Assembly (NCBI GenBank): GCA_965243135.1
Contig: OZ251539.1
Location: forward strand, 512,001 to 576,000
Length of the DNA stretch: 64,000 nucleotides
From: Alphaproteobacteria bacterium
GTDB taxonomy: Bacteria > Pseudomonadota > Alphaproteobacteria > MPNO01 > UBA830
Reading direction: 5' to 3'
Each line of letters starts with the position of its first letter. The first letter of the stretch is position 1. The position numbers and the translations under genes were made by a program. The notes beneath the pieces are model-generated. The model was given only the letters and a program-made list of their open reading frames with translations. It searched no databases and was not told where the DNA came from. Positions 29,552 to 38,720 of the stretch are shown here, one piece after another.

Positions 29552-31009
29552 ATGGATCATGCGCCGCACGCTCATTCCGGTCGAACTTCGAAGCACCGGC
29601 CCCCTCGCTGTCCGCCGTATCTCGAAGCGAAGAGCGCGGACGACTTGCTGCCCTATTTCGAGGCGGTCGCGAAGCGGGATTTCAGCCCCGGCCTGTGGGC
29701 CGCCTGGAATCTCCAGAAAGGCGAACGCGTTCTCCTGCGCGTCGACAGCTGGCATCATCCCATGTGCGTCGAAGCGGCGATCAAGACCCTCGAGAAATTC
29801 GGCTGCAGCTACGAGCTGATCAACGCCGACCGCGGGCCGCCGCCTACGTTCGAAGGACACAACGAGGCCGAACTCTTCATCGACCTTACCCGCGAAATCG
29901 CCGAATGGTTCGAGGCGTGGGAGAAGCTCGACGACGAGGGCAAATACGACAAGGTTCTCTGGGGGTTCGGCGGACCGATCCTTTCGGAGCGCAAGCTCAA
30001 GGTGCAACGATTTCCCTTTATCACGCCGGAAATGGTGATGTCCGCCGCTCACACGATTCCCGGCGAGATACTCCATGCGATCGACCAATGGACATGGAAG
30101 AGATGCCTCGGCGCCAAGCGCGTTCATATCGTCGATCCGGAAGGCACCGACCTCTGGTACACTGCGCACGACGAATATTTCGATGCGACCCGCACTTATT
30201 TCAACGAGGAATACATCAAGGATTGGTATCCGCAAAACGTCGCCTATGGGCGCACTTACCTTCCGGGCCATCTCTGGGGCAAGCCCAACTTCCTGCTCCC
30301 CGGGGCGCTCGAAGACGGAACGGGGGTGGTCGCCGGCACGATGAATCACATCGGTCCGTTTCCGCATATAAAGCTTCACATGAAGGACAGCCGCATCGTC
30401 GAGATCGAGGACGGCGGCGAGTTCGGCGACAAGTTGCGCAACATACTCGACCAGACGTACGACGTGCAATATCCCGGCCACCCCGACAAGGGGCTGATGT
30501 ACTGGTGGGAGTCGTCGATCGGCACGAACCCCAAGATCCACCGACCGCGTTCCGGTTTTCTCGACGGCTGGAATTGCGCGCTCTACGAGCGCATGCGAAG
30601 CGGCATCATACATATCGGATACGGCTCGGTGATTTCGAGCGCGATGGAAAAGGAAGCCGTGTTGAGCGGCTTGCCGTGCGTCGGTCACTGGCACGTTCAC
30701 CTCTATTTCCCCGACGTCGACGTCGAAACCGTCGACGGGCGCACGGAGCGAATCATCGAGGACGGGCGATTGCTGGCGCTCGACGATCCGGACGTTCGCA
30801 GGATCGCCGAAAGGTACGGAGATCCTGACGATTTTCTGGAGGAGGACTGGATCCCGGCGATCCCCGGAATCAACATGGATGGAGAGTACTGGCGCGACTA
30901 CGCCCGCGATCCGATGGACTGGACCGCGACGGAACTCAGCATCTGCCGCAAGTGGCATCACCTGTACATGAAGATGACAGGGGCCGAACATCGCGGTCAC
31001 TGCGGGTAA
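29552..31009 (+). CDS. Peptidase M29 / NicX-like metalloenzyme of unknown function
   Basis: LQKGERVLL, VHIVDPEGTDL, WESSIGTNPK, ERMRSGIIHIG, HWHVH, RIIEDGRL. GGGAG RBS. Confidence 0.6.
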   Translation: MDHAPHAHSGRTSKHRPPRCPPYLEAKSADDLLPYFEAVAKRDFSPGLWAAWNLQKGERVLLRVDSWHHPMCVEAAIKTLEKFGCSYELINADRGPPPTFEGHNEAELFIDLTREIAEWFEAWEKLDDEGKYDKVLWGFGGPILSERKLKVQRFPFITPEMVMSAAHTIPGEILHAIDQWTWKRCLGAKRVHIVDPEGTDLWYTAHDEYFDATRTYFNEEYIKDWYPQNVAYGRTYLPGHLWGKPNFLLPGALEDGTGVVAGTMNHIGPFPHIKLHMKDSRIVEIEDGGEFGDKLRNILDQTYDVQYPGHPDKGLMYWWESSIGTNPKIHRPRSGFLDGWNCALYERMRSGIIHIGYGSVISSAMEKEAVLSGLPCVGHWHVHLYFPDVDVETVDGRTERIIEDGRLLALDDPDVRRIAERYGDPDDFLEEDWIPAIPGINMDGEYWRDYARDPMDWTATELSICRKWHHLYMKMTGAEHRGHCG

Positions 31010-31044
31010 CGGCATCATCGAGGAGAGAAGACGGAGACGGAACA

Positions 31045-31326
31045 ATGCCACAGTTCATCACGATTCACCGGGCGCCCGGATTGCTGCGGGAGGAATGGGC
31101 GGAGAACGCGGTCCATGTCCACAAGGCGGAACTGGCGGATTTCAGGCAGGCGTACGTCAATCTCGGCAGCGGATTCATCGTGACGATCTACGAATCCGAA
31201 AACCACGATGCGCTCGTCGAGCAGTTCGAACGGCTGGGACTGCCTTACGAGGAAATCCACGAAATCCAGTTCTCGCAATCGCGCGAGGAGATGGAAGGCA
31301 TGCTTAGGCAAATGGGAAAAATCTAG
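31045..31326 (+). CDS. Small DUF4242 (SCO4226-like) protein
   Basis: MPQFITIHRAPG...GFIVTIYES...GLPYEEIHEI. Confidence 0.6.
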   Translation: MPQFITIHRAPGLLREEWAENAVHVHKAELADFRQAYVNLGSGFIVTIYESENHDALVEQFERLGLPYEEIHEIQFSQSREEMEGMLRQMGKI

Positions 31327-31378
31327 GCATCGGACTTCCTTGCCGCGTTCGTCTGGGCAATCTGCAGGGAGCATCGGC

Positions 31379-32029
31379 ATGAACGGAAAACTTTCCATTG
31401 CGCCTCCACGCAAGGATCGAGAGCCTCTGAGGAACAATCTCTTCAACTGCATGCAGAAGGGCAACGCGAACTTGACGCTTCTTTTCCCTTATCTGCATCG
31501 CGGCGCGATGGTGGCGGCGGGCGCCGTGTTCGTGGGGGGACCCGAAAGCGACTACGGTCATTTCTACCATCACAACAGCGTGGACGAAGTCATAACCAAC
31601 TTCGCTTCCAACGGCGGGATTTTACGGACCGGACAGGTATATTGCGGCGGCCGCGTCCATGGCGTGAATTCTTTTCTCAAGGACGAGAAAGACTCCGAAT
31701 ATTTCGCGCTCATGAGCGTCGTGCAGCGGCAATGCGAAACCGGCAAGCAGACGGAGGCGGTGAGCGTTCATTGCGCGAATTGCCGCGAACGTTTGTTTCA
31801 CGGGGAGTTCGACGCGACGCCGGACGACGAATCGACCGACATGACGCATCCGTTTCCGTCGGTCGCGTGTCTGCCGCCGATTTTCGAGGAATACAATGCC
31901 GACGAAACGCGGCGCACGTGTTCCAAGTGCGGGACGGTGAACGACATATTCCCCATCTCGTCGTGGGGATGGAGCGAGTACGCCCGAAAATCCGAAATCC
32001 TGGCCGCAGCCCAGCACGGCGCCGCTTGA
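31379..32029 (+). CDS. 3-hydroxyanthranilate dioxygenase-like cupin with C-terminal CxxC/CxxC site (paralog A)
   Basis: FVGGP..DYGHFYHHNSVDE, RVHG, HCANC...RRTCSKCG. Confidence 0.65.
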   Translation: MNGKLSIAPPRKDREPLRNNLFNCMQKGNANLTLLFPYLHRGAMVAAGAVFVGGPESDYGHFYHHNSVDEVITNFASNGGILRTGQVYCGGRVHGVNSFLKDEKDSEYFALMSVVQRQCETGKQTEAVSVHCANCRERLFHGEFDATPDDESTDMTHPFPSVACLPPIFEEYNADETRRTCSKCGTVNDIFPISSWGWSEYARKSEILAAAQHGAA

Positions 32030-32079
32030 AGGAGCGCGCGCAGCCGGAAGAAGCGGAGAAGCCATTGCGGGAAAGCGTC

Positions 32080-32634
32080 ATGATACGCAAGAAAACCTTC
32101 ATGACTTTCAGAGAAGCGGAGAATTGCGGTCCCTACGACGAACGTCCCATGCTTCCGGACAACATCGATCCGCAGCTTCATTTGAGCCGAAACGACCGGC
32201 CCCAGCCGTTTTTCCTGATATGCGAGAAAGACACTCTCCTCGTGCAGGTGTCGGGCAAAGGCCGCATAGAATTCCGCGACACCAACGTTCTCCAATATTC
32301 CCTCGAGCCGGGAGATTTCATCTACGTTCCGGGCGGCGCGCCGCATCGAATCACGCCTGAGGAGGTCTCGATCAACTATCGATACAAGCCGCGGCAGCCC
32401 GGACTCGAGGGCGTTGCGTGGTATTGCGGCGAATGCGGAAGGGAGATCCATCGCGAAATATGGGACACTGGCGAACGTCTTCCGCAGGAAGGTTATATCC
32501 GCGCTTGCCGGAACTTCAACGCTTCGAAAGAGTTCAGAGCCTGCGCCGGATGCGGAGCGGCGCACGATCGGATCGATTTGGCGCCTTATCGATGGGAGCG
32601 GCTTGCGGAGGAGTTGAGATCGCCGGATGCCTGA
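32080..32634 (+). CDS. 3-hydroxyanthranilate dioxygenase-like cupin (paralog B)
   Basis: QVSG, PGDFIYVPGGAPHR, EGVAWYCGEC...FN....RACAGCG. Confidence 0.7.
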   Translation: MIRKKTFMTFREAENCGPYDERPMLPDNIDPQLHLSRNDRPQPFFLICEKDTLLVQVSGKGRIEFRDTNVLQYSLEPGDFIYVPGGAPHRITPEEVSINYRYKPRQPGLEGVAWYCGECGREIHREIWDTGERLPQEGYIRACRNFNASKEFRACAGCGAAHDRIDLAPYRWERLAEELRSPDA

Positions 32635-33469
32635 ATTCCGAACTGCATTCCCGGATTCCGAACGAGGCAACGCCGCAAAGCGGAACCGCGAAGCAGGAAT
32701 AACGATCCACGACCTGACCATGAGATTCGCCGGCGCCTCCGGCGAAATTCAAGCTCTCGACCATGTCAATCTGACGATAAAGGAGAACGAATTCCTGTGC
32801 ATCGTCGGTCCCAGCGGTTGCGGAAAGACGACGCTTTTACGCATTCTGGCCGGGTTGGAGGTCCAGACTTCCGGATCGGTGCGTTTCGTCATCGATGCGA
32901 CGCAACGTCCCCTTCAGTCGATGGTGTTCCAGGAGCAGGGAATATTTCCATGGTTCACCGTGCTCGACAACGCCGCTTACGGACTTGCCGTAAGGCGGAT
33001 TCCAAAGAAGAAACGTTACGCCCGCGCTCGCGAATGTCTTCGAAAACTCGACCTTTCCGCGTTCGAGAGAGCGTATCCGCATGAACTTTCGGGCGGAATG
33101 CTGCAACGCGTCAACCTCGCGCGCGCTTTCGTCAACGATCCTGCCGTGTTGCTGATGGACGAGCCGCTGGGGGCGCTCGACGAGCAGACCAAGATGCTCG
33201 TTCAGGCGGATCTGTTGAAGTTATGGGAAAGCGCAAGGAAGACCGTTCTCTTCATCACGCACAGCCTTGACGAGGCGATCGTTCTCGGCGATCGGGTTGC
33301 GGTCATGAGCAAGAGGCCCGGCGTAATCAAGACGATCGTTCCGATCGACCTGAAGCGGCCGCGAGATGCGCTGGAACTCCGCAATGACCAGCGCTTCATG
33401 TCCCTCAGGCGAACCTTATGGGAGGCGTTGAGATCCGAGGTTTCACGGGATGAAACGAGGCGTCCCTGA
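32627..33469 (+). CDS. ABC transporter ATP-binding protein (NitT/TauT)
   Basis: GPSGCGKTT, LSGGM, LLMDEPLGALD. Confidence 0.93.
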   Translation: MPEFRTAFPDSERGNAAKRNREAGITIHDLTMRFAGASGEIQALDHVNLTIKENEFLCIVGPSGCGKTTLLRILAGLEVQTSGSVRFVIDATQRPLQSMVFQEQGIFPWFTVLDNAAYGLAVRRIPKKKRYARARECLRKLDLSAFERAYPHELSGGMLQRVNLARAFVNDPAVLLMDEPLGALDEQTKMLVQADLLKLWESARKTVLFITHSLDEAIVLGDRVAVMSKRPGVIKTIVPIDLKRPRDALELRNDQRFMSLRRTLWEALRSEVSRDETRRP

Positions 33470-34227
33470 TGACGAGCGGAGAACGGGCGCTTGCCGTCGC
33501 GAGCCCCGCGGCGGTCTTTCTGTTCTGGGAGCTGCTGGCGGCAGCGGACTTGATCGACGTTCGGGTTTTGCCCGCGCCGACCACCGTTCTTTCGACGATG
33601 TTCGTGATGTTTCGGGACGAAGGCCTTTTGGATCAGACCGTGTCGACCGCGGTTCGATTTGCAGCCGGGATGGTTGTCGGGGTCGTGCCGGGCGTTCTGA
33701 TCGGCCTCACCATGGGTTTGTTCAAGTGGGTGCGGGCCGTTGCGAATCCGCTTGTGGGCTTGTTTTACCCGATACCGCGCATCGCGCTGTTTCCGCTCGT
33801 GCTCATACTCGTCGGGATCAACGAGACGTCGAACGTGATCATGATCGCTCTGGGACCGTTTTTCACGATGCTGATATCGGCGATGTACGCAGTTTTGAAT
33901 ATCGATCAGATATATCGGGACGTCGCTCGAAATTTTCGGACCGGAACCTTTCACCTATACGCGATGGTGACATTTCCGGCATCTCTGCCGGCGCTCATGA
34001 GCGGCCTTCGCATATCGGTCGGTCTGGGTCTGCTCGGCACCGTGGCCGTGGAGTTCCTTGTCGGGGATTCGGGCCTCGGCCACGTAATCTGGAACAGTTG
34101 GCAGGTTCTGTCTTTGCAACGTTCAATGGCGGGGCTCGTCGTTTCCGCCGTATTCGGCTTCGGAGTGTATCTGTCGATGGATCTCCTGGAACGCAGTCTG
34201 GTTCCCTGGAAACAGGGTTCGAGCTAG
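33469..34227 (+). CDS. ABC transporter permease
   Basis: TM helices, YPIPRIALFPL, SGLGHVIW. Confidence 0.92.
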   Translation: MTSGERALAVASPAAVFLFWELLAAADLIDVRVLPAPTTVLSTMFVMFRDEGLLDQTVSTAVRFAAGMVVGVVPGVLIGLTMGLFKWVRAVANPLVGLFYPIPRIALFPLVLILVGINETSNVIMIALGPFFTMLISAMYAVLNIDQIYRDVARNFRTGTFHLYAMVTFPASLPALMSGLRISVGLGLLGTVAVEFLVGDSGLGHVIWNSWQVLSLQRSMAGLVVSAVFGFGVYLSMDLLERSLVPWKQGSS

Positions 34228-34420
34228 AAATGAATATCCGGAGAAGCTTGGCGAAGCGTCGCTGCCCGGCGTCGAGGCGAGGACGAACGTGCGCGAATGA
34301 ATCGACGGTCTACGCTATCGTCGGTCGCGCAATGGAAGCTGCGCCCGCGCCTTTGACCGGTCAGGAGAGAGCCGGAGACGCAATGCGCAACGTACTTTGG
34401 AAACAACATGGAGAGAAGCA

Positions 34421-35446
34421 ATGAAAGCCAGATTTGCAGCCGTCGCCCTGATCGCCGCTTTGCAGGCGTTCGGAGCGCAGGCGTTCGCTCAATCGGGCGC
34501 GAATGTCGTCAAGACTTCGATCAACCCGCTCGTCTACAGCTATCTTCCGATTTTCATCGCTGTCGACAAGGGTTATTTCAAGGAACAGGGTCTCGACGTT
34601 CAGATCGACACCTATCGCGGTTCTTCCGTCACTCAGGTGCCGTTGCTGGCGCGAGGAGACCTCGATATCGCGCCGATGGTCATGGGGCCCGGCATGTTCA
34701 ACCAGCATTCGGAGGGATTCGATCTGAAGATCGTCGCTTCGATTGCAGGATCGAATCCGGCATGGAGCGACACGAGTTGGATAATGGTGAGGTCCGACGT
34801 CTGGTCGGCCAAACCGCTTTCGGAGATCGGGGATTTGAAAGGCCTCTCGATCGACGGCGGCCCCCTCGGGTCGCCTGTCAATCTCCTGATTCGGGAAGCC
34901 TTGCGCAAGGCGGGGCTCAAGCTGACGGATGTGCGGTATTCCGAGAAGTTCAGATCTCCGCCGGACTGGATCGCGGCGTTCAAGAACAAGGCGATCGACG
35001 TGCTTGCCGCGGTCGAACCGATCGTCACGATGCTGGAAGCGCAGGGGTTGGCGAAACGCTGGAAGTCCTACAAGGACGCGGTGCCCTGGTTTCAGGAAAC
35101 GTACTTCGCCGCGTCTCCCGGCTTTCTGAAATCCAAACGCGACGCGGCGCGGCGTTTTCTTGCCGCCTATCTCAAAGCCGCGGTCGAGGTAAACGCGACG
35201 GCCGGAAAGTGGACGCCGGAGATGCTCGAAACGGTGACGAAGTGGTCGAAATTGCCGGCCAAGATCATAGGAAAGATTCCCGGACCTGCTTTCGTCGGCT
35301 ATCTCGGGGCCGTCGACGTTTCCGCAATCGAGCGCCAGCAGCGGATATGGATCAAGCACGGAGCCGTGAAACAGCGCGTTGACGTTGCCGATCTGGTCGA
35401 TTCGACCATATTGGCGGATGCCCGCAAGGCGGCGGGGATCAAGTGA
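34421..35446 (+). CDS. ABC transporter substrate-binding protein
   Basis: Signal peptide; PIFIAVDKGYFKEQGLDV. Confidence 0.9.
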   Translation: MKARFAAVALIAALQAFGAQAFAQSGANVVKTSINPLVYSYLPIFIAVDKGYFKEQGLDVQIDTYRGSSVTQVPLLARGDLDIAPMVMGPGMFNQHSEGFDLKIVASIAGSNPAWSDTSWIMVRSDVWSAKPLSEIGDLKGLSIDGGPLGSPVNLLIREALRKAGLKLTDVRYSEKFRSPPDWIAAFKNKAIDVLAAVEPIVTMLEAQGLAKRWKSYKDAVPWFQETYFAASPGFLKSKRDAARRFLAAYLKAAVEVNATAGKWTPEMLETVTKWSKLPAKIIGKIPGPAFVGYLGAVDVSAIERQQRIWIKHGAVKQRVDVADLVDSTILADARKAAGIK

Positions 35447-35863
35447 CCTTGACGGTTTCGAATCGTCGAACGACATGTCCGCACTGTCAGGGGAATGATC
35501 GTTCGGGATCTTCAGCGGGTCTGCGCGCATAGACAGTGACGGCGGCGTAACGGGCGACCGGCCGGGCAGATCTCGTTTGCCTGCGGCGAAGGCGGGCGGA
35601 GCGCCGAGTTGCTTTACGCGCGTTTCCGCCCGGCCGCGAGCGCGTTGCTGGCCGGCCGGCTTCGGTAGCGAACTCCCGAACGGCACCGGCATTGTTCGGG
35701 GACCATGCATGGCCGCTCTTTGCGGCGGCCGGATATCGCTCCTCCCCTGCGCCGCGGCGAGGAAGGACGAACCGGGATGCTGGTCCGCGTTGTTCGTCAC
35801 CCAGCCGTCTGGTCAACCCCCAGCGGCGCGTCCCCGAGGCCCGAAACCGAGTCGATAGGGGGA

Positions 35864-36583
35864 TTATTCCGCCGCCGTCCTCGCCGCGCTGTCCGTCGCG
35901 GGCCGTTCGAACAGCGACGCGACATGAAACCCCCGGCGCTTCAGGTTCGCGCGGAACTCCTCGAGAAAGTTGGGCGCGACCGCGCCGGTCACGGTTTCGT
36001 TGGCGAGCAGCGCGCGGGTCCACGCCTCGACCAGGGGAAAGGAGTCGAGCGCGCCGGTCCGAAGGTATCCGTCCGCGATGTCGAGGCGCTGCAGGAACGG
36101 CGCGTAGGCCGCGTCGACGAGGCACAGCTCGCCGCCGTTGAAGTAAGGGCCGTCGTTGCCGCGCTCCCGGCCTATCGCGTCCTCGAGCCGCTGCAGCGAT
36201 TTGCGGGCGGCGGCCAGGCCCCGCTCGGTCTCGTCCCGGGTCTTGGTGTAGTAGATCCCGGAAAGAGCCTTCGAAAAGTCCGGAACGAAATCCGTCCAGG
36301 CCCGGTTGCGGGCGCGCTTGACCGGGTCTTCGGGATGAAGCCGGGGCGGCACGGTTTCGTCGAGATACTCGGCGATCGCGTTGGATTCGAACAGGACCTC
36401 GTCGTCCACTTCGAGGACCGGCACCTTGCCGTGCGGCGAGATCTCGAGAAACCAGGAAGGCTTGTTCCGCAGGTCGACGTAGGTGACGTCGAACGCCACT
36501 TTCTTTGCGCGCATGGCGATCACGGCGCGCTGGACCCAAGGTCAGGTGAACGAGCTGACCAGATGGTATCTTCTGACGGACAT
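35864..36583 (-). CDS. Glutathione S-transferase with in-frame TGA at codon 14 (candidate selenocysteine)
   Basis: MSVRRYHLVSSFT-TGA-PWVQRA aligns with the CP(Y/F/W)VQR catalytic motif. Downstream motifs are intact (KPSWFLEISPHGKVPVL, LFESNAIAEYLDE). Confidence 0.85.
36507..36530 (-). promoter_or_regulatory. Putative bacterial SECIS hairpin
   Basis: GCGCGC-C-GTG-ATCGC-CAT-GCGCGC stem-loop beginning 11 nt after the TGA (36544-36542). Confidence 0.6.
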
Positions 36584-36595
36584 GGCGCGGCCGCC

Positions 36596-36820
36596 TCAGA
36601 CCGAAGCGGCCGGAGGCAGGTCGTCCTCCAGGATGGCGATGTGCAGCGCGTAGGACACTTCGCCTTCCTCGTCGTCGCGGTAAAGCGTGCCGAGCAGTTC
36701 GTCTCCAAGGTTGACCTCGACGGTCGCGTTGGGATGCGTCGGCTGCAGAATTCTGATGCGGTCGTTGGAAAAAATCAGGCGCAGGTACTCCTGCACGCGC
36801 GTAATCTCGTTAAGCGTCAT
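36596..36820 (-). CDS. DUF3126 family protein
   Basis: EITRVQEYLRLIFSN..IRI...EV.LGDELLGTLYRDDEEGEVSY.L.IAILEDDL. Confidence 0.88.
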   Translation of the reverse strand: MTLNEITRVQEYLRLIFSNDRIRILQPTHPNATVEVNLGDELLGTLYRDDEEGEVSYALHIAILEDDLPPAASV

Positions 36821-36968
36821 GGCGCGCTCCGGAAGGGCGAAAGTCCGGGAAGAATACCGCCGTCGCGGCGGAATCGCAAGCCTGCGGTTCGCGACGCGCG
36901 CGGTTCTGGACAAGGCGGAATTTTCGTAGGATGATCCATCGACCCAAACGGCACAGGGAGGATTTCGC

Positions 36969-38036
36969 ATGACCCGCAAAGCCATTCAGCCCTTCGTCCG
37001 CAATGCCTGGTATATCGGCGCCTGGTCGGAGGAACTCGACGACGGCCTCGTCGCTCGGACGATCATGAACCAGCCCCTCGTTCTCTACCGCGACGCGGAG
37101 GGCCGTCCGGGCGCGCTCGAAGACCGTTGCTGCCACCGCGGCGCGCCGTTGACCCACGGCACGATCGTCGAAGCCGGGCTTCAGTGCGGTTACCACGGGC
37201 TGACCTTCGACACGGGCGGCAAGTGCGTCGCGGTCCCTGGGCAGAAGAACATCCCGCCCCAGGCGCGCGTTCGGAGCTATCCGGTGGTCGAACGCGACCA
37301 GATCCTGTGGATCTGGACCGGCGATCCGGCGTTGGCCGACGAGAGCGCGATCGTCGATTACCCCTATCACGATCAGTCGGACAAGTGGCCGCACCGCAAG
37401 GCCATGTTCCAGATCAAGGCGAACTACATGCTGATGATCGACAACCTGATGGACCTGACGCATCTGGGCTACGTGCACCGCCACACCATCGGCGGCAATC
37501 CGGGCCATCATGTCGCCGCGCAGATGGAAACGCGCCAGACCGACGAAGGGGCGTATTTCATCCGCTGGATGATGGATCACGAACCGCCGCCGACCTACAA
37601 GAAGGGCGGCAAGTTCGACGGCAAGGTCGATCGCTGGCAGGAGTTCGAATACGTCGGCCCCAGCATCGTGCTGCAATGGTCGGGCGCGCTGAAGGCCGGC
37701 GCGGGCGCCCGGGAGAACCGCGATCAGGAAGGTTTCCATCTGCGGCTGCTTCACGGGGCGACGCCCGAGACCGAGACCACGTTCCACTACTTCTGGTCGA
37801 CGGCCAACGGCTACCGCCAGGACGATCCCCAGGCGACCCAGGAGATGTACGACGAGATCTACCCGACCTTCATCGAGGACAAGGAGATCATGGAGGCGCA
37901 ACAGGCGCGGGTGAATCTCGATCCGGATCGCGACCTGGTGGAAATCCATGCCGACGGCGCCTTGTCGCTGGCCCGGCTGTCGCTCGACAAGCTCGTCGCC
38001 CGGGACGGCGGCGCCTACGCGCAGGCGGCGGAATAG
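36969..38036 (+). CDS. Rieske non-heme iron oxygenase (VanA-like O-demethylase type)
   Basis: DRCCHRGAPL, CGYHG, DNLMDLTHLGYVH, ED..IMEAQQ. Confidence 0.93.
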   Translation: MTRKAIQPFVRNAWYIGAWSEELDDGLVARTIMNQPLVLYRDAEGRPGALEDRCCHRGAPLTHGTIVEAGLQCGYHGLTFDTGGKCVAVPGQKNIPPQARVRSYPVVERDQILWIWTGDPALADESAIVDYPYHDQSDKWPHRKAMFQIKANYMLMIDNLMDLTHLGYVHRHTIGGNPGHHVAAQMETRQTDEGAYFIRWMMDHEPPPTYKKGGKFDGKVDRWQEFEYVGPSIVLQWSGALKAGAGARENRDQEGFHLRLLHGATPETETTFHYFWSTANGYRQDDPQATQEMYDEIYPTFIEDKEIMEAQQARVNLDPDRDLVEIHADGALSLARLSLDKLVARDGGAYAQAAE

Positions 38037-38097
38037 CGCGGGCGGCTCGTCTGCCGGAAGGGCGAGAGCCGCCCTTCCGCGACGTCCCGGCTGGCGG

Positions 38098-38616
38098 TCA
38101 GGGTCTCCAGCCGTTCTCGAACGCGGCGAGAACGATGCGCGCGCAGGCCTCGGCGTCGGAGCCGGCCTCGTGATGCGCGAGCGGAATGCTCAGATGTTCG
38201 CAAACGTCGGGAAGCGTGGTCGGACGGATGTCCCACACGCTTCTCGCGACTTGCATGGTGCAGACGAACTCGCGGCCGGGAGTTGGAATGCCGGAGGTTG
38301 CGCAGCAAGCGCCGAGCACGCTGCGGTCGAAAGGCGCGTTGTGGGCCGCGAAAAAGTCCAAGCCTTCCAGCAGCGGGGAGAGATCCTGCCATACATCGCC
38401 GAACGCAGGTTCCTTCCTGACGTCTTTCCACCGGAGGCCGTGAACGTGCGTATTGGTGAAATAGCTGTCGGGCGGGCGGATCAGGCGGCTCTGAAGATCC
38501 GCCATTCTGCCGTCGCGCACGATGGCGAGTCCGATCGCGCACGCGCTGTCGCGGTTGGAGTTGGCGGTTTCGAAGTCGATCGCCGCGAAGTCTGCAATCC
38601 GCGTCCGTCGCGCCAT
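38098..38616 (-). CDS. DEDDh 3'-5' exonuclease (DnaQ-like)
   Basis: AIDFETAN, AHNAPFD, CT, HHEAGSDA. Confidence 0.9.
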   Translation of the reverse strand: MARRTRIADFAAIDFETANSNRDSACAIGLAIVRDGRMADLQSRLIRPPDSYFTNTHVHGLRWKDVRKEPAFGDVWQDLSPLLEGLDFFAAHNAPFDRSVLGACCATSGIPTPGREFVCTMQVARSVWDIRPTTLPDVCEHLSIPLAHHEAGSDAEACARIVLAAFENGWRP

Positions 38617-38720
38617 GGCTCTGGCCTCCTGAATGCGTCCGGGCCCGGCTCCCGCCGCGCGAGGGGCCAAGGATCGAAAGAAGCGTCCTCGGCGCCGGGC
38701 CGAACGGCAGGAGCGAGTCC

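Noticed and set aside
35447-35863. tRNA, ncRNA or att site at the edge of the lower-GC block
   Set aside because: No tRNA arms or boundary direct repeat could be identified by eye.
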